From NCBI GenBank assembly GCA_965223795.1, contig CBDCXL010000002.1, positions 1,568,001 to 1,632,000 on the forward strand: DNA of 64,000 nt. Direction: 5' to 3'. Shown here one piece after another: positions 1 through 10,117 of this stretch. Numbering within the stretch: position 1 is the stretch's first letter; each line of letters opens with the position of its first letter. The position numbers were made by a program, and so were the translations under genes. The stretch is from Nitrospinales bacterium (GTDB lineage: Bacteria > Nitrospinota > Nitrospinia > Nitrospinales > VA-1). Below the pieces are notes generated by a model, which saw only the letters and a program-made list of their open reading frames with translations, did no database searches and was not told the origin of the DNA.

Positions 1-145
1 TCTGTTGTCTGCTACTCACCTTTGAGTTGTTTTATCTTTGGTCGCTCTCGAAGAACAAACTCATCTTAAGGAAAAACCTCTCCAAAAACGCATCTCAAGA
101 ATAAAGCTCTCCCTACCTGCAATCTGAATTGCAGGAATTAAACAA

Positions 146-1657
146 TCAACGCAGAAAATCGAGCAGGCTGGGTTGCAATATTCTTGCGAGTGTGGCGTTG
201 AGGGCGAGTTCGAGCGCCGCCAGCTCGGAGGCGCTTTTGATGGGATCGGAATCTTCGGTGTTGGAGAGCTGCAGGTTCTGATCGACGATGTCCTGGTCGA
301 GCACGGTGTCGGTGGCTTCGACGTTCCTGAGCGTTGCGCCGACGACGGCGCGCGTCTCGTTGACCGAGTCGAGCCCCTTGTCCAGGTTCTCCAGCCCGGC
401 GAGGATCGCCGCGGGATCGTTGGCGGCGAGCGCCCGCTGCAGCTGGATCAGGGTGTCCAGCACGTTGCGCCCGCCTCCCAGCCCCAGGTCGGCGGCGGTG
501 GTGCCGGTGCCGATGTCGTTGGCGATGGCGACGGTGGCCGGGTCGTTGGAGTTGATGGTGAGCGCGTTGCCCCGGCTGTTGATGCTGGCGGTGATGTTGA
601 CGCCGGATGCGTTGATGAGGTTGATCACGTCGCCGACGGTGGCGGCGGAACTCAGGGTCACGGTGGCCGAGGCCGCGCCGTTGGTCAGATTGATGTCGTT
701 CAAAGTGAGCCCGGCGCCGTTGTTGAGGTCGGCGATCGGCGTGGATGCCGTCACCAATCCGTTGAGGTCGAGGCCGGTGAGGTTGCCGTCGCGCTGACCG
801 GTGATGCCGAGGCTTTGGGCGGTGGCGCCGCCGGACACTTCGGCGACGCTCAACGACTGGGTGACGACGCTTGAGGTGTCGGTGAGCGTGAGCCCGTTGC
901 GGCCGCTGTTGAGGCTTGCCGTGACGTTGAGTCCCGCGGCGTTGATCGCCGAGATCACGTTGCCCAGGGTCTGCCCCGCGCTGACGGTGATGGTGGCGCT
1001 GTTGCCGCCGCGGTCGTTAATAGTGAACTGGCCCGCCGGGACGCCGCTGCCGCCGTTCAGATCGGAGAGCAGCGTCGAGGTGGTGATGAGCGGGTCGAGG
1101 TCGGTGCCGAACACCTCCGAGCCGGGCAGGATGACGCCCACCTGGGTGCCGCGCGCGATCTCGATGTTGACGCGGTCGGTGTCGCCCAGATACACGGCGC
1201 CGGAAGCGCTGGTCTGAAACGGCGCGGTGCGGGTTTTGCTGCCGCCGAAGATGTAGAGGTTTTTCACCTGCGTGTTGGCCGATTCCAGGACCTGGGTGAC
1301 GAGCTTGTCCACTTCCGCAGCCGCGAAGCCGCGGGTCAGCGACGTCGCCGTGCCGCCCAGTTCGCTGATCGCCAGCTCTTTGGCGCGCGTCAGCGCCAGT
1401 CCGGCGGACTGCAGCGCCGAGTCGGTGCTCTGGATGAAGATGCGGTTGTTGTCGATGTTGCGGATGAACTGCTGCGACTGGCCGATGCCGGTGCGCAGGG
1501 CCAGCGAGTTGCGGATGCCGGAAGGGTCGTCGGAGGGCTTGCGGATGCGCTTGCCCGAGGCGATCTCGGTCTGCGCCTTGAACAGGTCTTCGGTAATGCG
1601 GAAGATGTTGGTCAGGACCGTGCTGCGGATCGCCTGGCTGGTCACCCGTTCGACCAT
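146..1657 (-). CDS. flgL: flagellar hook-associated protein 3
   Basis: Flagellin-like N-terminus (IASGKRIRKPSDDP) and C-terminal RILQPSLLDFLR; follows flgK. Confidence 0.93.
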   Translation of the reverse strand: MVERVTSQAIRSTVLTNIFRITEDLFKAQTEIASGKRIRKPSDDPSGIRNSLALRTGIGQSQQFIRNIDNNRIFIQSTDSALQSAGLALTRAKELAISELGGTATSLTRGFAAAEVDKLVTQVLESANTQVKNLYIFGGSKTRTAPFQTSASGAVYLGDTDRVNIEIARGTQVGVILPGSEVFGTDLDPLITTSTLLSDLNGGSGVPAGQFTINDRGGNSATITVSAGQTLGNVISAINAAGLNVTASLNSGRNGLTLTDTSSVVTQSLSVAEVSGGATAQSLGITGQRDGNLTGLDLNGLVTASTPIADLNNGAGLTLNDINLTNGAASATVTLSSAATVGDVINLINASGVNITASINSRGNALTINSNDPATVAIANDIGTGTTAADLGLGGGRNVLDTLIQLQRALAANDPAAILAGLENLDKGLDSVNETRAVVGATLRNVEATDTVLDQDIVDQNLQLSNTEDSDPIKSASELAALELALNATLARILQPSLLDFLR

Positions 1658-1706
1658 GATGCCTCCCCGTTAAAAAGATTGCACTCTGCGCTGGATAAAA
1701 ACATTG

Positions 1707-3386
1707 TTATGTCCGGTTGATGAGGGTGTCGAACAATTCCTCGACGGTGCTGATGAGACGCGCCGAGGCGTTGAACGCCTGCTGGAACTTGATCAGCCGG
1801 ATCATCTCCTCGTCGATGGACACGCCGGAGATGCTCTCGCGCCGGTTGTTGAGCTGCAGCAGCACGCCTTCCTGCTGCGCGACGCTGGCCTGGGCGGAGC
1901 GGGACTGCACGCCGATCGCCCCGACGATGGCGTTGAAATACTCATCGAAGGTGAACGCGCCGGAACCCGATTGCAGGGTCACGCTGTTGAAGGTCAGCTC
2001 GTTCTGCAGATCGGCGAGATCGAGCGCGTTGGCGCCGTCGCCGTTGGTCGTCTCGCCGGCGGCGATCTTCTGCGAATCGGAAGCCACGGCGCTGGAAACG
2101 GCGACGGTCGCGGCGGCGTTTTCCGACACCGAAAACGTGAAGCGGTCTCCCGCCGCGCCGGAACCGGTGATGGTGACCGCGAAGCCGCCCGCCAGGTTGA
2201 AGGCGCTGCCGGGGGTGAAGGTGAACGTGCCGGACGCGAAACCCGTGGTCAGGTTGTTGAGGGTGAACGCGTTGGAGCCGGTGAACAGCAGTTCGTACTC
2301 GTCCACGGACACGGTGGTCGGACTGGCGTTCGCCACCGACACCGCGGCGCTGCCGGTGTTGTTGATGTTGGTGAACACGCTGGGCGTGAGCGGTTCGAAA
2401 AAATTCACGCCGGTGCTGCCGTCGAGGCCGAAGCCGCTCTGATGCACGCGGTTGATTTCCTGCACGAACCCGGCGGCGAGGCGGTTGAGCTTTTCCAGCA
2501 CGCCCGCCACTTCCACGTCGCGCATGTCCAGGTAGCCGCGCAGGCCGCCGCCCTGCAGGGTGCCGGTGATGTTGCGCGTGCCGCCGGCGCCGTCGCTGAT
2601 GAACACATCGAGCAGCGACTTGTTGTTGCCGTTGAGGCCGGTGCTGAGCTGAAACACCGTGTCGCGCAGAACCAGCGGCGTGCCGTCGCGCAGGGTCAGG
2701 CTGATCTGGCCGTCCGATTCGTTGACGAAGGTGATGTCGAGCTTTTCGGAAAGTTCCTTTACCAGTTTGTCGCGCTTGTCGCGCAGGTCGTTGGCGGTGA
2801 ACTCGGCGGGCTCGTTGCCGAAGATGGCGGTGTTGAGCTTGGCGATTTCTTCGGTGAGTTCGTTGATCTCGCTGACTTCGTCGCTGATGATGGCGTCGAT
2901 GTCGCGCTGAATTTTAAACAGTCCGTCTCCCAGCGTGTTGAAAACGGAAGTGAGGGACTGGGCCTGCCCGAGCAGGGCCGCCCGTTCGGGCAATCCGCGC
3001 GGATTGGTGGACAGATCCTGAAACCCGGCGAAGAACTGGCTGAACTCGCTGTTGAGGCTTCTGCCCTGGTTTTCGTTGAACAGGATCTCCAGCTGGTCGA
3101 ACACGTCCTTGCGCACCTTGAACTTTCCGGTCGGGTCGCCTTCGGCCAGGATCTGTAAAAACAAAAACTGATCGGTGACGCGCTCGATGCCGCTGACGCG
3201 CACGCCGGTGCCGAGCTCCCCCTGCGCCACCGAGCGCGGGGTGTTGGCCTCGAGGATCACGTCCTGACGGGAATAGCCCTCGGTCTCGACGTTGGCGATG
3301 TTCTGGCCGGTCACCTCGATGGCGAGCTGCTGGGACAGGAGCCCCAGCTTGGCCGTGTTGAGAATGCTGAAGATATTGGAGGACAT
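1707..3386 (-). CDS. flgK: flagellar hook-associated protein 1
   Basis: GQNIANVETEGYSRQ at the N-terminus and SGVSIDEEMIRLIKFQQAFNASAR at the C-terminus. Confidence 0.95.
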   Translation of the reverse strand: MSSNIFSILNTAKLGLLSQQLAIEVTGQNIANVETEGYSRQDVILEANTPRSVAQGELGTGVRVSGIERVTDQFLFLQILAEGDPTGKFKVRKDVFDQLEILFNENQGRSLNSEFSQFFAGFQDLSTNPRGLPERAALLGQAQSLTSVFNTLGDGLFKIQRDIDAIISDEVSEINELTEEIAKLNTAIFGNEPAEFTANDLRDKRDKLVKELSEKLDITFVNESDGQISLTLRDGTPLVLRDTVFQLSTGLNGNNKSLLDVFISDGAGGTRNITGTLQGGGLRGYLDMRDVEVAGVLEKLNRLAAGFVQEINRVHQSGFGLDGSTGVNFFEPLTPSVFTNINNTGSAAVSVANASPTTVSVDEYELLFTGSNAFTLNNLTTGFASGTFTFTPGSAFNLAGGFAVTITGSGAAGDRFTFSVSENAAATVAVSSAVASDSQKIAAGETTNGDGANALDLADLQNELTFNSVTLQSGSGAFTFDEYFNAIVGAIGVQSRSAQASVAQQEGVLLQLNNRRESISGVSIDEEMIRLIKFQQAFNASARLISTVEELFDTLINRT

Positions 3387-3413
3387 ACGATCGGGCGGCG
3401 TTCCGGTTTACAT

Positions 3414-3917
3414 TCAGGCGTCGAGGCTCAGCATCTTGCCCTGCGGCTTGGCGTCCGGCAGCTTGCCGTTGGCGTGGTAGGGCGAGGAGGCGGCTTCCAC
3501 GGTGGAGTGGACGAACGCCATGGAGCGTTTCATGGACAGGGACGAATGGTCCATCAGGCCCTTGAGGCGCTCGTGCAGATCGTTGATGACGGCGATCTGG
3601 CCGAGCAGGGTCTCGCGCCGCTTGGCGAGCGTGTCGCCGATCGGGTCCTGCGTCATCTGGATCAGGTTTTTCAGGGTCAGGCCGGGACGTGTGACGCAGA
3701 GTTTTTCCTCGATCTTCAGCATCACGCGGGAGCGTTCTTTTTCCAGGCTCTGCATCTGATCCACCAGGTCCTCTTTCTTTTCCATGATGGACTGCAGCGA
3801 TTCGAGCGAATATTCGGTGATGCAGGTCCACTGTTCCTCGAGGAGCCGGATGAAACGGTCGTAAAGGCCGATTTTCTTTTCGATCAAAACTTTCAGTTCC
3901 TGCAGGAGCCTGTTCAT
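3414..3917 (-). CDS. flgN: flagellar export chaperone FlgN
   Basis: 167-aa helical protein immediately upstream of flgK; called from size and synteny. Confidence 0.8.
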   Translation of the reverse strand: MNRLLQELKVLIEKKIGLYDRFIRLLEEQWTCITEYSLESLQSIMEKKEDLVDQMQSLEKERSRVMLKIEEKLCVTRPGLTLKNLIQMTQDPIGDTLAKRRETLLGQIAVINDLHERLKGLMDHSSLSMKRSMAFVHSTVEAASSPYHANGKLPDAKPQGKMLSLDA

Positions 3918-4339
3918 CGTTGAACCTCCTTCGGTTGCGCCAACGTGTCTGACTTGGGTTTGGTTCCCCCCGCTTGTTCCGCGTCCCCCCGGGCTGCGTT
4001 TTCGCTTTCGGTTTTTAAGCGGCTGAGCTGAGAGTAAAGAGCGTCCGCCAGACCGATCCCCTTGGCGCTGGAAATGTGCGCCGCCACTTCTTCATCGAAC
4101 AGAGACTGGTACATGTCTCCGGAAAAGCTCTGCATGAGCTCGGATTTCGGCACCGTCTGCCGCATCTCCTTGAGCAGCAGGTTGACGAAAATCGATTCGA
4201 ATTTCTGCGCCAGTTCCTTGAGCTGAGCATCGGATTTGTTCTCGACCTTCGCGGCCTCCTTTGAAAGGTTGCCGATGCGGTTGTCATCCAGCCGGGAAAA
4301 AGCGTTCTGCTGTGCTCCAGTGGTGGAAAGGTATTGCAT
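3914..4339 (-). CDS. flgJ: flagellar rod-binding protein (short FlgJ without muramidase domain)
   Basis: KFESIFVNLLLKEMRQT...MYQSLFDEEVA...GIGLAD rod-binding motif; ATG at 4339 with an AAGGA RBS. Confidence 0.88.
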   Translation of the reverse strand: MQYLSTTGAQQNAFSRLDDNRIGNLSKEAAKVENKSDAQLKELAQKFESIFVNLLLKEMRQTVPKSELMQSFSGDMYQSLFDEEVAAHISSAKGIGLADALYSQLSRLKTESENAARGDAEQAGGTKPKSDTLAQPKEVQR

Positions 4340-4392
4340 AGCGTCCTTGTATCGTTCAAAACTACAAAGATTTACATCCAGAAACGTTTTAT

Positions 4393-4408
4393 TGCAACCG
4401 ATGTGCCA
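4393..4408 (-). promoter_or_regulatory. sigma-54 (-24/-12) promoter for flgJNKL
   Basis: Minus strand reads TGGCACATCGGTTGCA (GG-N10-GC), about 55 nt upstream of flgJ. Confidence 0.8.
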
Positions 4409-4647
4409 AATGCCGCATTTTTGCGGCCCCCGTGCGGGACGCGGGCACAAGCGTTGAATTTGAAAGGTTTTTTTAATCCGAAACGGCGGCTGTGGGCCGG
4501 ATTGCCGCCGGTTGCGCGGTGCGTGAGGCGCTTTGGATGGAGGTTTTTCCCAGGCGGTGCGGGAAAAATTTTCCCCCTGCGGTAAATACGGGCCGGGTGC
4601 GGAGCCGGCGGGGCCGCCTGTGCGGCGGACGTGTTTGCGGCTTAAAA

Positions 4648-5769
4648 TCAGATGATTTCCAGCTCGGCGTGCAGGGCGCCCGCCACTTTGATGGCCTGCA
4701 GGATGGCGATGAGGTCGCGCGGCGTCACGCCGATGGCGTTGAGCCCGTTGACCACCTCGCCCAGCGACACGCCTTTGGGGACGACCAGCAGCCTGTCCTC
4801 GCCTTCCTGGACGCGCAAGCGGGTGCGCGGCACCACGACGGTCCGGCCTTTCGGCGACAGCGGCGGCGGCTGCGAGACGATGGGTTCTTCGGTGATCTGG
4901 ATGAACAGGTTGCCGTGCGCGACGGCGACGGCGGAGATCTTCACGTTCTCGCCCATGACGATGGTGCCGGTGCGCTCATCAAGAATCACGCGCGCGATGG
5001 TGTCCGGCTCGACGTTGAGCGATTCGATGCGGGTCAGAAACTGGGAGGTGCGGTCCTTGTAAAACGGCGGCACGGCGACGCGGATGGTGCGCCCGTCGAC
5101 GATGCTGGCCAGCATGTCCTTGAGCGTGTCGTTGATGACCTGGGTCATGCGGCTGGCGGTGGTGAAATCGGTCTTCTTGAGGGTGAGGAAGATCTCCTCC
5201 TTGGAGTTGAAGTCGTTGTGCAGTTCGCGTTCGATGAAGGCGCCGTTGGCGATGCGGCCGACGGTGAGGTGGTTTTTCTGCACGCCGCGCGCCTGCCCCT
5301 GCACCGAGAATCCGCCGATGGAAATCGCCCCCTGCGCCACGGCGTAGGTGTTGCCGTCCGGCCCCTTGAGCGGGGTCATGAGCAGCGTGCCGCCCTGCAG
5401 GCTCTTGGCGTCGCCCATCGAGGACACCATGACGTCGATCTTGTCGCCCTGGCGGGCGAAGGCGGGATAATCCGCCGTCACCATGACGGTGGCGACGTTT
5501 TTGAATTTCAACTGGTCCACCTCCGTGTCGGGCACGGTGATGCCCATCTTGGTGAGCATGCTGACCAGGGTCTGGATGGAGAAGAACACGTTGGTGGCGC
5601 TGTCGCCGGTGCCGGCCAGACCGATGATGAGGCCGAAGCCGATCAGCTGGTTGCTGCGCACGCCGCGCACGCTGGCCAGATCCTTGATGCGCACGGCGTG
5701 GGCGGTTTCGGAGAGGAAGAAGAACAGCAGGCAGGCGATCAGCACTTTGACGCGGACGGATACGAACAT
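4648..5769 (-). CDS. flgI: flagellar P-ring protein
   Basis: Signal peptide, then RIKDLASVRGVRSNQLIGFGL; ends GALHAELEII. Start chosen from an AGGAG RBS. Confidence 0.96.
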   Translation of the reverse strand: MFVSVRVKVLIACLLFFFLSETAHAVRIKDLASVRGVRSNQLIGFGLIIGLAGTGDSATNVFFSIQTLVSMLTKMGITVPDTEVDQLKFKNVATVMVTADYPAFARQGDKIDVMVSSMGDAKSLQGGTLLMTPLKGPDGNTYAVAQGAISIGGFSVQGQARGVQKNHLTVGRIANGAFIERELHNDFNSKEEIFLTLKKTDFTTASRMTQVINDTLKDMLASIVDGRTIRVAVPPFYKDRTSQFLTRIESLNVEPDTIARVILDERTGTIVMGENVKISAVAVAHGNLFIQITEEPIVSQPPPLSPKGRTVVVPRTRLRVQEGEDRLLVVPKGVSLGEVVNGLNAIGVTPRDLIAILQAIKVAGALHAELEII

Positions 5770-5965
5770 AAAACAGAAGCTCCTGAAACGATGAATGCAG
5801 AAATTCACATAATAGAAGGGATTGCCTGTGGACTTATGAAAAACCGGCAAGCGGTTTTATCGCAGGGTCCACAGGCACAACCGCTTTTCCGATGTCATTT
5901 TTATAAATCTCCCTCACTCTGCATAAATTTTGTGAAAACCGGCTCTGACCATACATTGCAGGACA

Positions 5966-6709
5966 TTAAAACGGCCACACGAAGGTGAGGACACGCGTGA
6001 GCCAGCCGACGCGCTGCTCGTCGGCGACGACGCCTTCGCCGGTGTAGGTGATCGAGGCGTTGGCGATGTAGCGGGACGAGACGGTGTTGTCGAAGTCGAT
6101 GTCCACCTCACGCACGATGCCCCGCAAGACCACGATCTGCTCCTCGTGGTTCACCTTGACCGAACGCCTTCCTTCGATGGCGAGGATGCCGTTGGGCAGA
6201 ACGTCCACGACCACGGCGGACACGCGGGCGCTGAGACTGCCGGCGCGGGTGGTGGTGCCGCTGCCCTGGTTGCTGCGGCTCAAGGAAGCGGCGACGCGCG
6301 GATCGAAGGGATCGGCGGAACCGAGGAAATTCTGCACGCCCAGAGAGCGGTCGAGGCCGAACAGGCTCTGCCAGTCCATCTCCAGATCGGAATCTTTCGA
6401 CGTGTCGGTGGTGGCGCTCTGGGACGAGGTGGCGGACTCGTCGACGACCACGGTGACGATGTCGCCCACGTTGCGGGCCTTGGCGTCGACGAAAAACAGG
6501 TTGTCGGCGGTGTCCCCCGGCCACATGGCGCCTTCGTTGCGCTTGGGCGGCGGCACTTCGTACAGCCGCTCCGGAATCGTCGCCGTCTGCGGGTCCACGG
6601 CGCCCGGATTTTTGGCGCAGCCGACGGACGCGATCGTAGAGAGAACGATAAAAAACGCGGCGGTCCAACGCACTGGACTGTGATAGCTAAGGTAAAATCT
6701 CAACGTCAT
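5966..6709 (-). CDS. flgH: flagellar L-ring lipoprotein
   Basis: Lipobox SVGC, DAKARNVGDIVTV and VLPNGILAIEG motifs, C-terminal WPF. Start uncertain (6709 or 6703). Confidence 0.94.
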   Translation of the reverse strand: MTLRFYLSYHSPVRWTAAFFIVLSTIASVGCAKNPGAVDPQTATIPERLYEVPPPKRNEGAMWPGDTADNLFFVDAKARNVGDIVTVVVDESATSSQSATTDTSKDSDLEMDWQSLFGLDRSLGVQNFLGSADPFDPRVAASLSRSNQGSGTTTRAGSLSARVSAVVVDVLPNGILAIEGRRSVKVNHEEQIVVLRGIVREVDIDFDNTVSSRYIANASITYTGEGVVADEQRVGWLTRVLTFVWPF

Positions 6710-6859
6710 TCCCCCATTGGATGTTTGTGGCCGGCCGCGGCCCTTCCGGCCGTGGCAAAACGTTTTTCCGGCAGTTTCAATCATTCCCACCTGATGCCGC
6801 CTGCGACCCAACTTGCGGCGGACAACACCCCATAGTGTCAATAATAGTTTTATATGGTT

Positions 6860-7588
6860 TTAAAAATTCACTTTCACGGTGTTGGCGTCGACGACCTTGC
6901 CGTACACCATCTTCTTGGTCTGGGTGTTCAGCACCTGAACCAAGCTGTCCTTGAATCCGGGCGCGCGCACGATCCCCGGCGCGGTGATCTTCATCATCCC
7001 CTTTTGCGCGACGATGAGCACGGGATCGCCTTTATCGACCAGGGGCGGACGCTTGAGGGAATTCAACGGGATCATGCGGCCCTTGGAGAGCGTGCGCTGA
7101 GCTTCGAAACCGAGCACGTCCTCCAGCCGGGTGGCGACCCGGCGGATCGGCCGTTCGAGCTTCATGGTCTCGACGCGCACGTCCTCGGCGGAGAGGATGT
7201 CGCCCCGCTTCACCTGATGCCGGGTCCAGATGACGTCGCGGTAGGCGGTCACGCGCGCCTCCAGACGCACCCGCCGGGTGTAGCCGCTGCCCACCTTGAG
7301 GTTGAGACTCAGGGGCACGCGGCCGATGGTCAGCCCGCTCAACGGCAGGCGGAAGTCAAATTCGACGGCGCCTTTTGGCAGGCTGAGATCGCCGCCGTCG
7401 TAGCGCACGCTGGGTTCCAGACCGCCCTCTTCTTCCAGCAGCCGGCTGTTGAGAAATGCCAGCGCGCGGCTTTCGATTTCCCGCACGGTCACTTTCTGAG
7501 TGCCCGCGGCGTGAACCATTTCGATTCCGGACAGCGCCAGCGCGGCCCAGATGAACATGAAGCAATGCAAGCGTTTGCGAAAATTCAT
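6860..7588 (-). CDS. flgA: P-ring formation chaperone
   Basis: Signal peptide, SAF-like region and PPLVDKGDPV...VQVLNTQTKK C-terminus; lies between flgG and flgH. Confidence 0.9.
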   Translation of the reverse strand: MNFRKRLHCFMFIWAALALSGIEMVHAAGTQKVTVREIESRALAFLNSRLLEEEGGLEPSVRYDGGDLSLPKGAVEFDFRLPLSGLTIGRVPLSLNLKVGSGYTRRVRLEARVTAYRDVIWTRHQVKRGDILSAEDVRVETMKLERPIRRVATRLEDVLGFEAQRTLSKGRMIPLNSLKRPPLVDKGDPVLIVAQKGMMKITAPGIVRAPGFKDSLVQVLNTQTKKMVYGKVVDANTVKVNF

Positions 7589-7600
7589 GGGGGCGTCCGT

Positions 7601-8389
7601 TTAACGTTTCATGTTGTTGGCGATCTGCAACATTTCGTCGGAGGTCTGCACGGTGCGCGAATTGACTTCGTAGGCGCGCTGAGCCGAGATGAGGTTCACC
7701 AGTTCTTCGACGACGCTGACGTTGGACAGTTCGAGGAATCCCTGCTGCAGCGTGCCGCGATCGTCGATGCCGGGGCTGCCGATGGCGGGCGTGCCGGAGG
7801 CGTCGGTCTCGATGAACAGGTTGAAGCCCTCCGCCTGCAGCCCGGCCTCGTTCTGGAACGTGGCCAGCTGAATGGTGCCGACGACCGTGGGCGCGGTGGC
7901 CCCCGGCTGGGTGACGGCAACGCTGCCCTGGGGATCGATGGAGATCGTGAGCGCGTCCGGCGGGATGGTCAGCGCCGGTTCGAGAGGTAAGCCGTCCGCG
8001 GTCACGACCTGTCCGGAGTTGTCGAGCTTGAAGGAGCCCGCACGCGTGTAAGCGGTGGTGCCGTCCGGGCGGGCGACCTGAAAGAAGCCGCGTCCCTGGA
8101 CCGCCACGTCGAGGTTGTTCTGGGTCTGGGCGAAATCTCCCTGCAAAAACAGCTTCTGGATGGCGGACGTCTTCGCCCCCAGTCCGAGCTGGGCGCCTGT
8201 GGGAACCTGGTTGCCGTTGGGCGACAGGGTACCCACCAGCCGCAGGTTCTGATACAGCAGGTCCTGGAATTCGGGGCGGCTGCGTTTGAAGCCCGCGGTG
8301 TTCACGTTGGCCAGGTTGTTGGAAATGACGCTGACGTTGAGTTCCTGGGCGTTCATGCCCGTCGCCGCGGTGTACAGGGATCGAATCAT
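7601..8389 (-). CDS. flgG: distal basal-body rod protein
   Basis: [15 protein letters not shown]...[12 protein letters not shown]...FQDLLYQ; 262 aa. Confidence 0.96.
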   Translation of the reverse strand: MIRSLYTAATGMNAQELNVSVISNNLANVNTAGFKRSRPEFQDLLYQNLRLVGTLSPNGNQVPTGAQLGLGAKTSAIQKLFLQGDFAQTQNNLDVAVQGRGFFQVARPDGTTAYTRAGSFKLDNSGQVVTADGLPLEPALTIPPDALTISIDPQGSVAVTQPGATAPTVVGTIQLATFQNEAGLQAEGFNLFIETDASGTPAIGSPGIDDRGTLQQGFLELSNVSVVEELVNLISAQRAYEVNSRTVQTSDEMLQIANNMKR

Positions 8390-8428
8390 GGATGCGTTCT
8401 CTTTCTAAAAATTGAAAAGGAGTCGGGT

Positions 8429-9214
8429 TCAGCCCACCCGGCCCAGGCTGTTCACCACCTGGTCGTCGGCTTCATCTATGGATTGCACCATTTTCTGATA
8501 CGCTTCGAAGGCCCGCAGCGTCATGATCATTTCGGTCATCTCTTCCACGGAGTTCACGTTGGAGGTTTCGAGAAAACCCTGCGACACCACCACTTCCTTT
8601 GGCGTCTCCGGCCGCGCACCGGACCGGAACAGGCCGTCGCCCTCTTTCACCAGCACCGAGGGGTCCGCAAAATCAGCGAGCCGCATTTTTCCCAGCGGCT
8701 GATTGGACAGCCCCTTGCCGACGGATATATTGCCGCGCGTGTCGATGGTGATGGTGCCGCCCTGGGCGGTGTCGATCTTGATCGGGTCGCCTTCCTCGTT
8801 CACCACCTTGTGGCCTTCCTGGGTGGCGAGGAACCCGTCGGCACTGAGCTTGAAGTTGCCATTGCGCGTGTAGCGGTCGCCCTGCGGCGTCTGGACGACG
8901 AAATAACCGTTGCCTTCGAGCGCCACGTCGAGGGAGTTGCCAGTCTGCCTCAGGGTGCCCTGGCGGGTGTCGGTGAAAAAATCGGTGATGCCGACGTAGG
9001 ACACGTCGAACGGGGGACGGGTTCCGGGAACCGGCAAATCGGGCACCGATGGCGGTTGCGCCGGACCGTTGAACGGCGGGATCATCTCGCGGAACACCAG
9101 GCCGTCGCGCTTGAATCCCATATTGCCCAGGTTGGCCAGGTTGTTGGAGATGGTCTGGAGTTTTCTTTCCTGCTTGAACGCGCCGGATGCGGCGATGTAG
9201 ATTCCTTCCTGCAT
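8429..9214 (-). CDS. flgF: proximal basal-body rod protein
   Basis: SNNLANLGNMGFK, RYTRNGNF and LETSNVNSVEEM motifs; upstream of flgG. Confidence 0.9.
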   Translation of the reverse strand: MQEGIYIAASGAFKQERKLQTISNNLANLGNMGFKRDGLVFREMIPPFNGPAQPPSVPDLPVPGTRPPFDVSYVGITDFFTDTRQGTLRQTGNSLDVALEGNGYFVVQTPQGDRYTRNGNFKLSADGFLATQEGHKVVNEEGDPIKIDTAQGGTITIDTRGNISVGKGLSNQPLGKMRLADFADPSVLVKEGDGLFRSGARPETPKEVVVSQGFLETSNVNSVEEMTEMIMTLRAFEAYQKMVQSIDEADDQVVNSLGRVG

Positions 9215-9239
9215 GAGCACCTCCCTCCGCTTTGACTCA

Positions 9240-9255
9240 AGCAAACTCTATACCA
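9240..9255 (-). promoter_or_regulatory. sigma-54 promoter for flgFGAHI
   Basis: Minus strand reads TGGTATAGAGTTTGCT (GG-N10-GC), about 25 nt upstream of the flgF ATG. Confidence 0.7.
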
Positions 9256-9574
9256 AAGGCCTTGATTTTCGCCGCCTTGCCGCCGGAGGGGAGAAACCGG
9301 CCCGAACCCGCGGTTGCGTGTTTTAGCGGAGATCGTCCAGGATGCAAATTTTTCCGTAAACGCTGACAATCCAGGAAGTTTATTCCCGATCGGGCGGCAT
9401 GAAAAAAATCCGCACCGGCAGCGGCGCACCGCGCATCGAAAGCAAAGGAATAGACAAACGATTTTGTGCCGATAACCATCATCAACAGGCGGCTGACAGA
9501 AAATTTCCGCAGAGGTGGTATAATCCTTCCTTTCATAACAATGATGAGATATTACCGACGCACTTATTGAGGAT

Positions 9575-9898
9575 GTGACGATGAAGAACATTTCGATCGA
9601 TGAACTGCATGACGCTTTGCCCAATCTGAAAGAGAACGACCTGATCCTCGATGTGCGCTCGCCGGCTGAGTTTCGCGAGGGTCATATCGCCGGTGCGCGC
9701 AACATCGGCCACGAAGAGGTGGGTTCCATCGCGGACGAGCTGAAACAGCACGGAACGGTTTACGTGCACTGCAAAATGGGCGGGCGCGCCAAGCTGGCGT
9801 CCGAGATTTTGACCCAGGCGGGGCTGGACAACATCGTCTGTGTGGGCGACGGCGGCATGCACAAATGGATGGAACAGGGCTGGCCGGTGGAACGCTGA
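9575..9898 (+). CDS. rhodanese-like domain protein
   Basis: ILDVRSPAEFREGHIAGA and active-site loop HCKMGGRA. Confidence 0.9.
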   Translation: MTMKNISIDELHDALPNLKENDLILDVRSPAEFREGHIAGARNIGHEEVGSIADELKQHGTVYVHCKMGGRAKLASEILTQAGLDNIVCVGDGGMHKWMEQGWPVER

Positions 9899-9917
9899 AG
9901 CCGCCGCTTTGAAATTT

Positions 9918-9964
9918 AAAAAAAGGGGAACTCCTTTTCAATTTGGGGGGTTCCCCTTTTTTTT
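9918..9964. terminator. intrinsic terminator, symmetric A/T tracts
   Basis: A-tract-GGGGAAC...GTTCCCC-T-tract hairpin right after the rhodanese gene. Confidence 0.75.
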
Positions 9965-10117
9965 GCCCGGTTTTGCCTGCACGCGATCGGTCCGGGCAGC
10001 GCACGGTACAGCGAAACGTTTTGATTCAACACCGCGAATGGCCTTATACTGATGACATGAGAACGAGCCCGGCCGGACATGCGGTCCAAACGTTGCAGGA
10101 CGCGAAACGTGTGAGTC

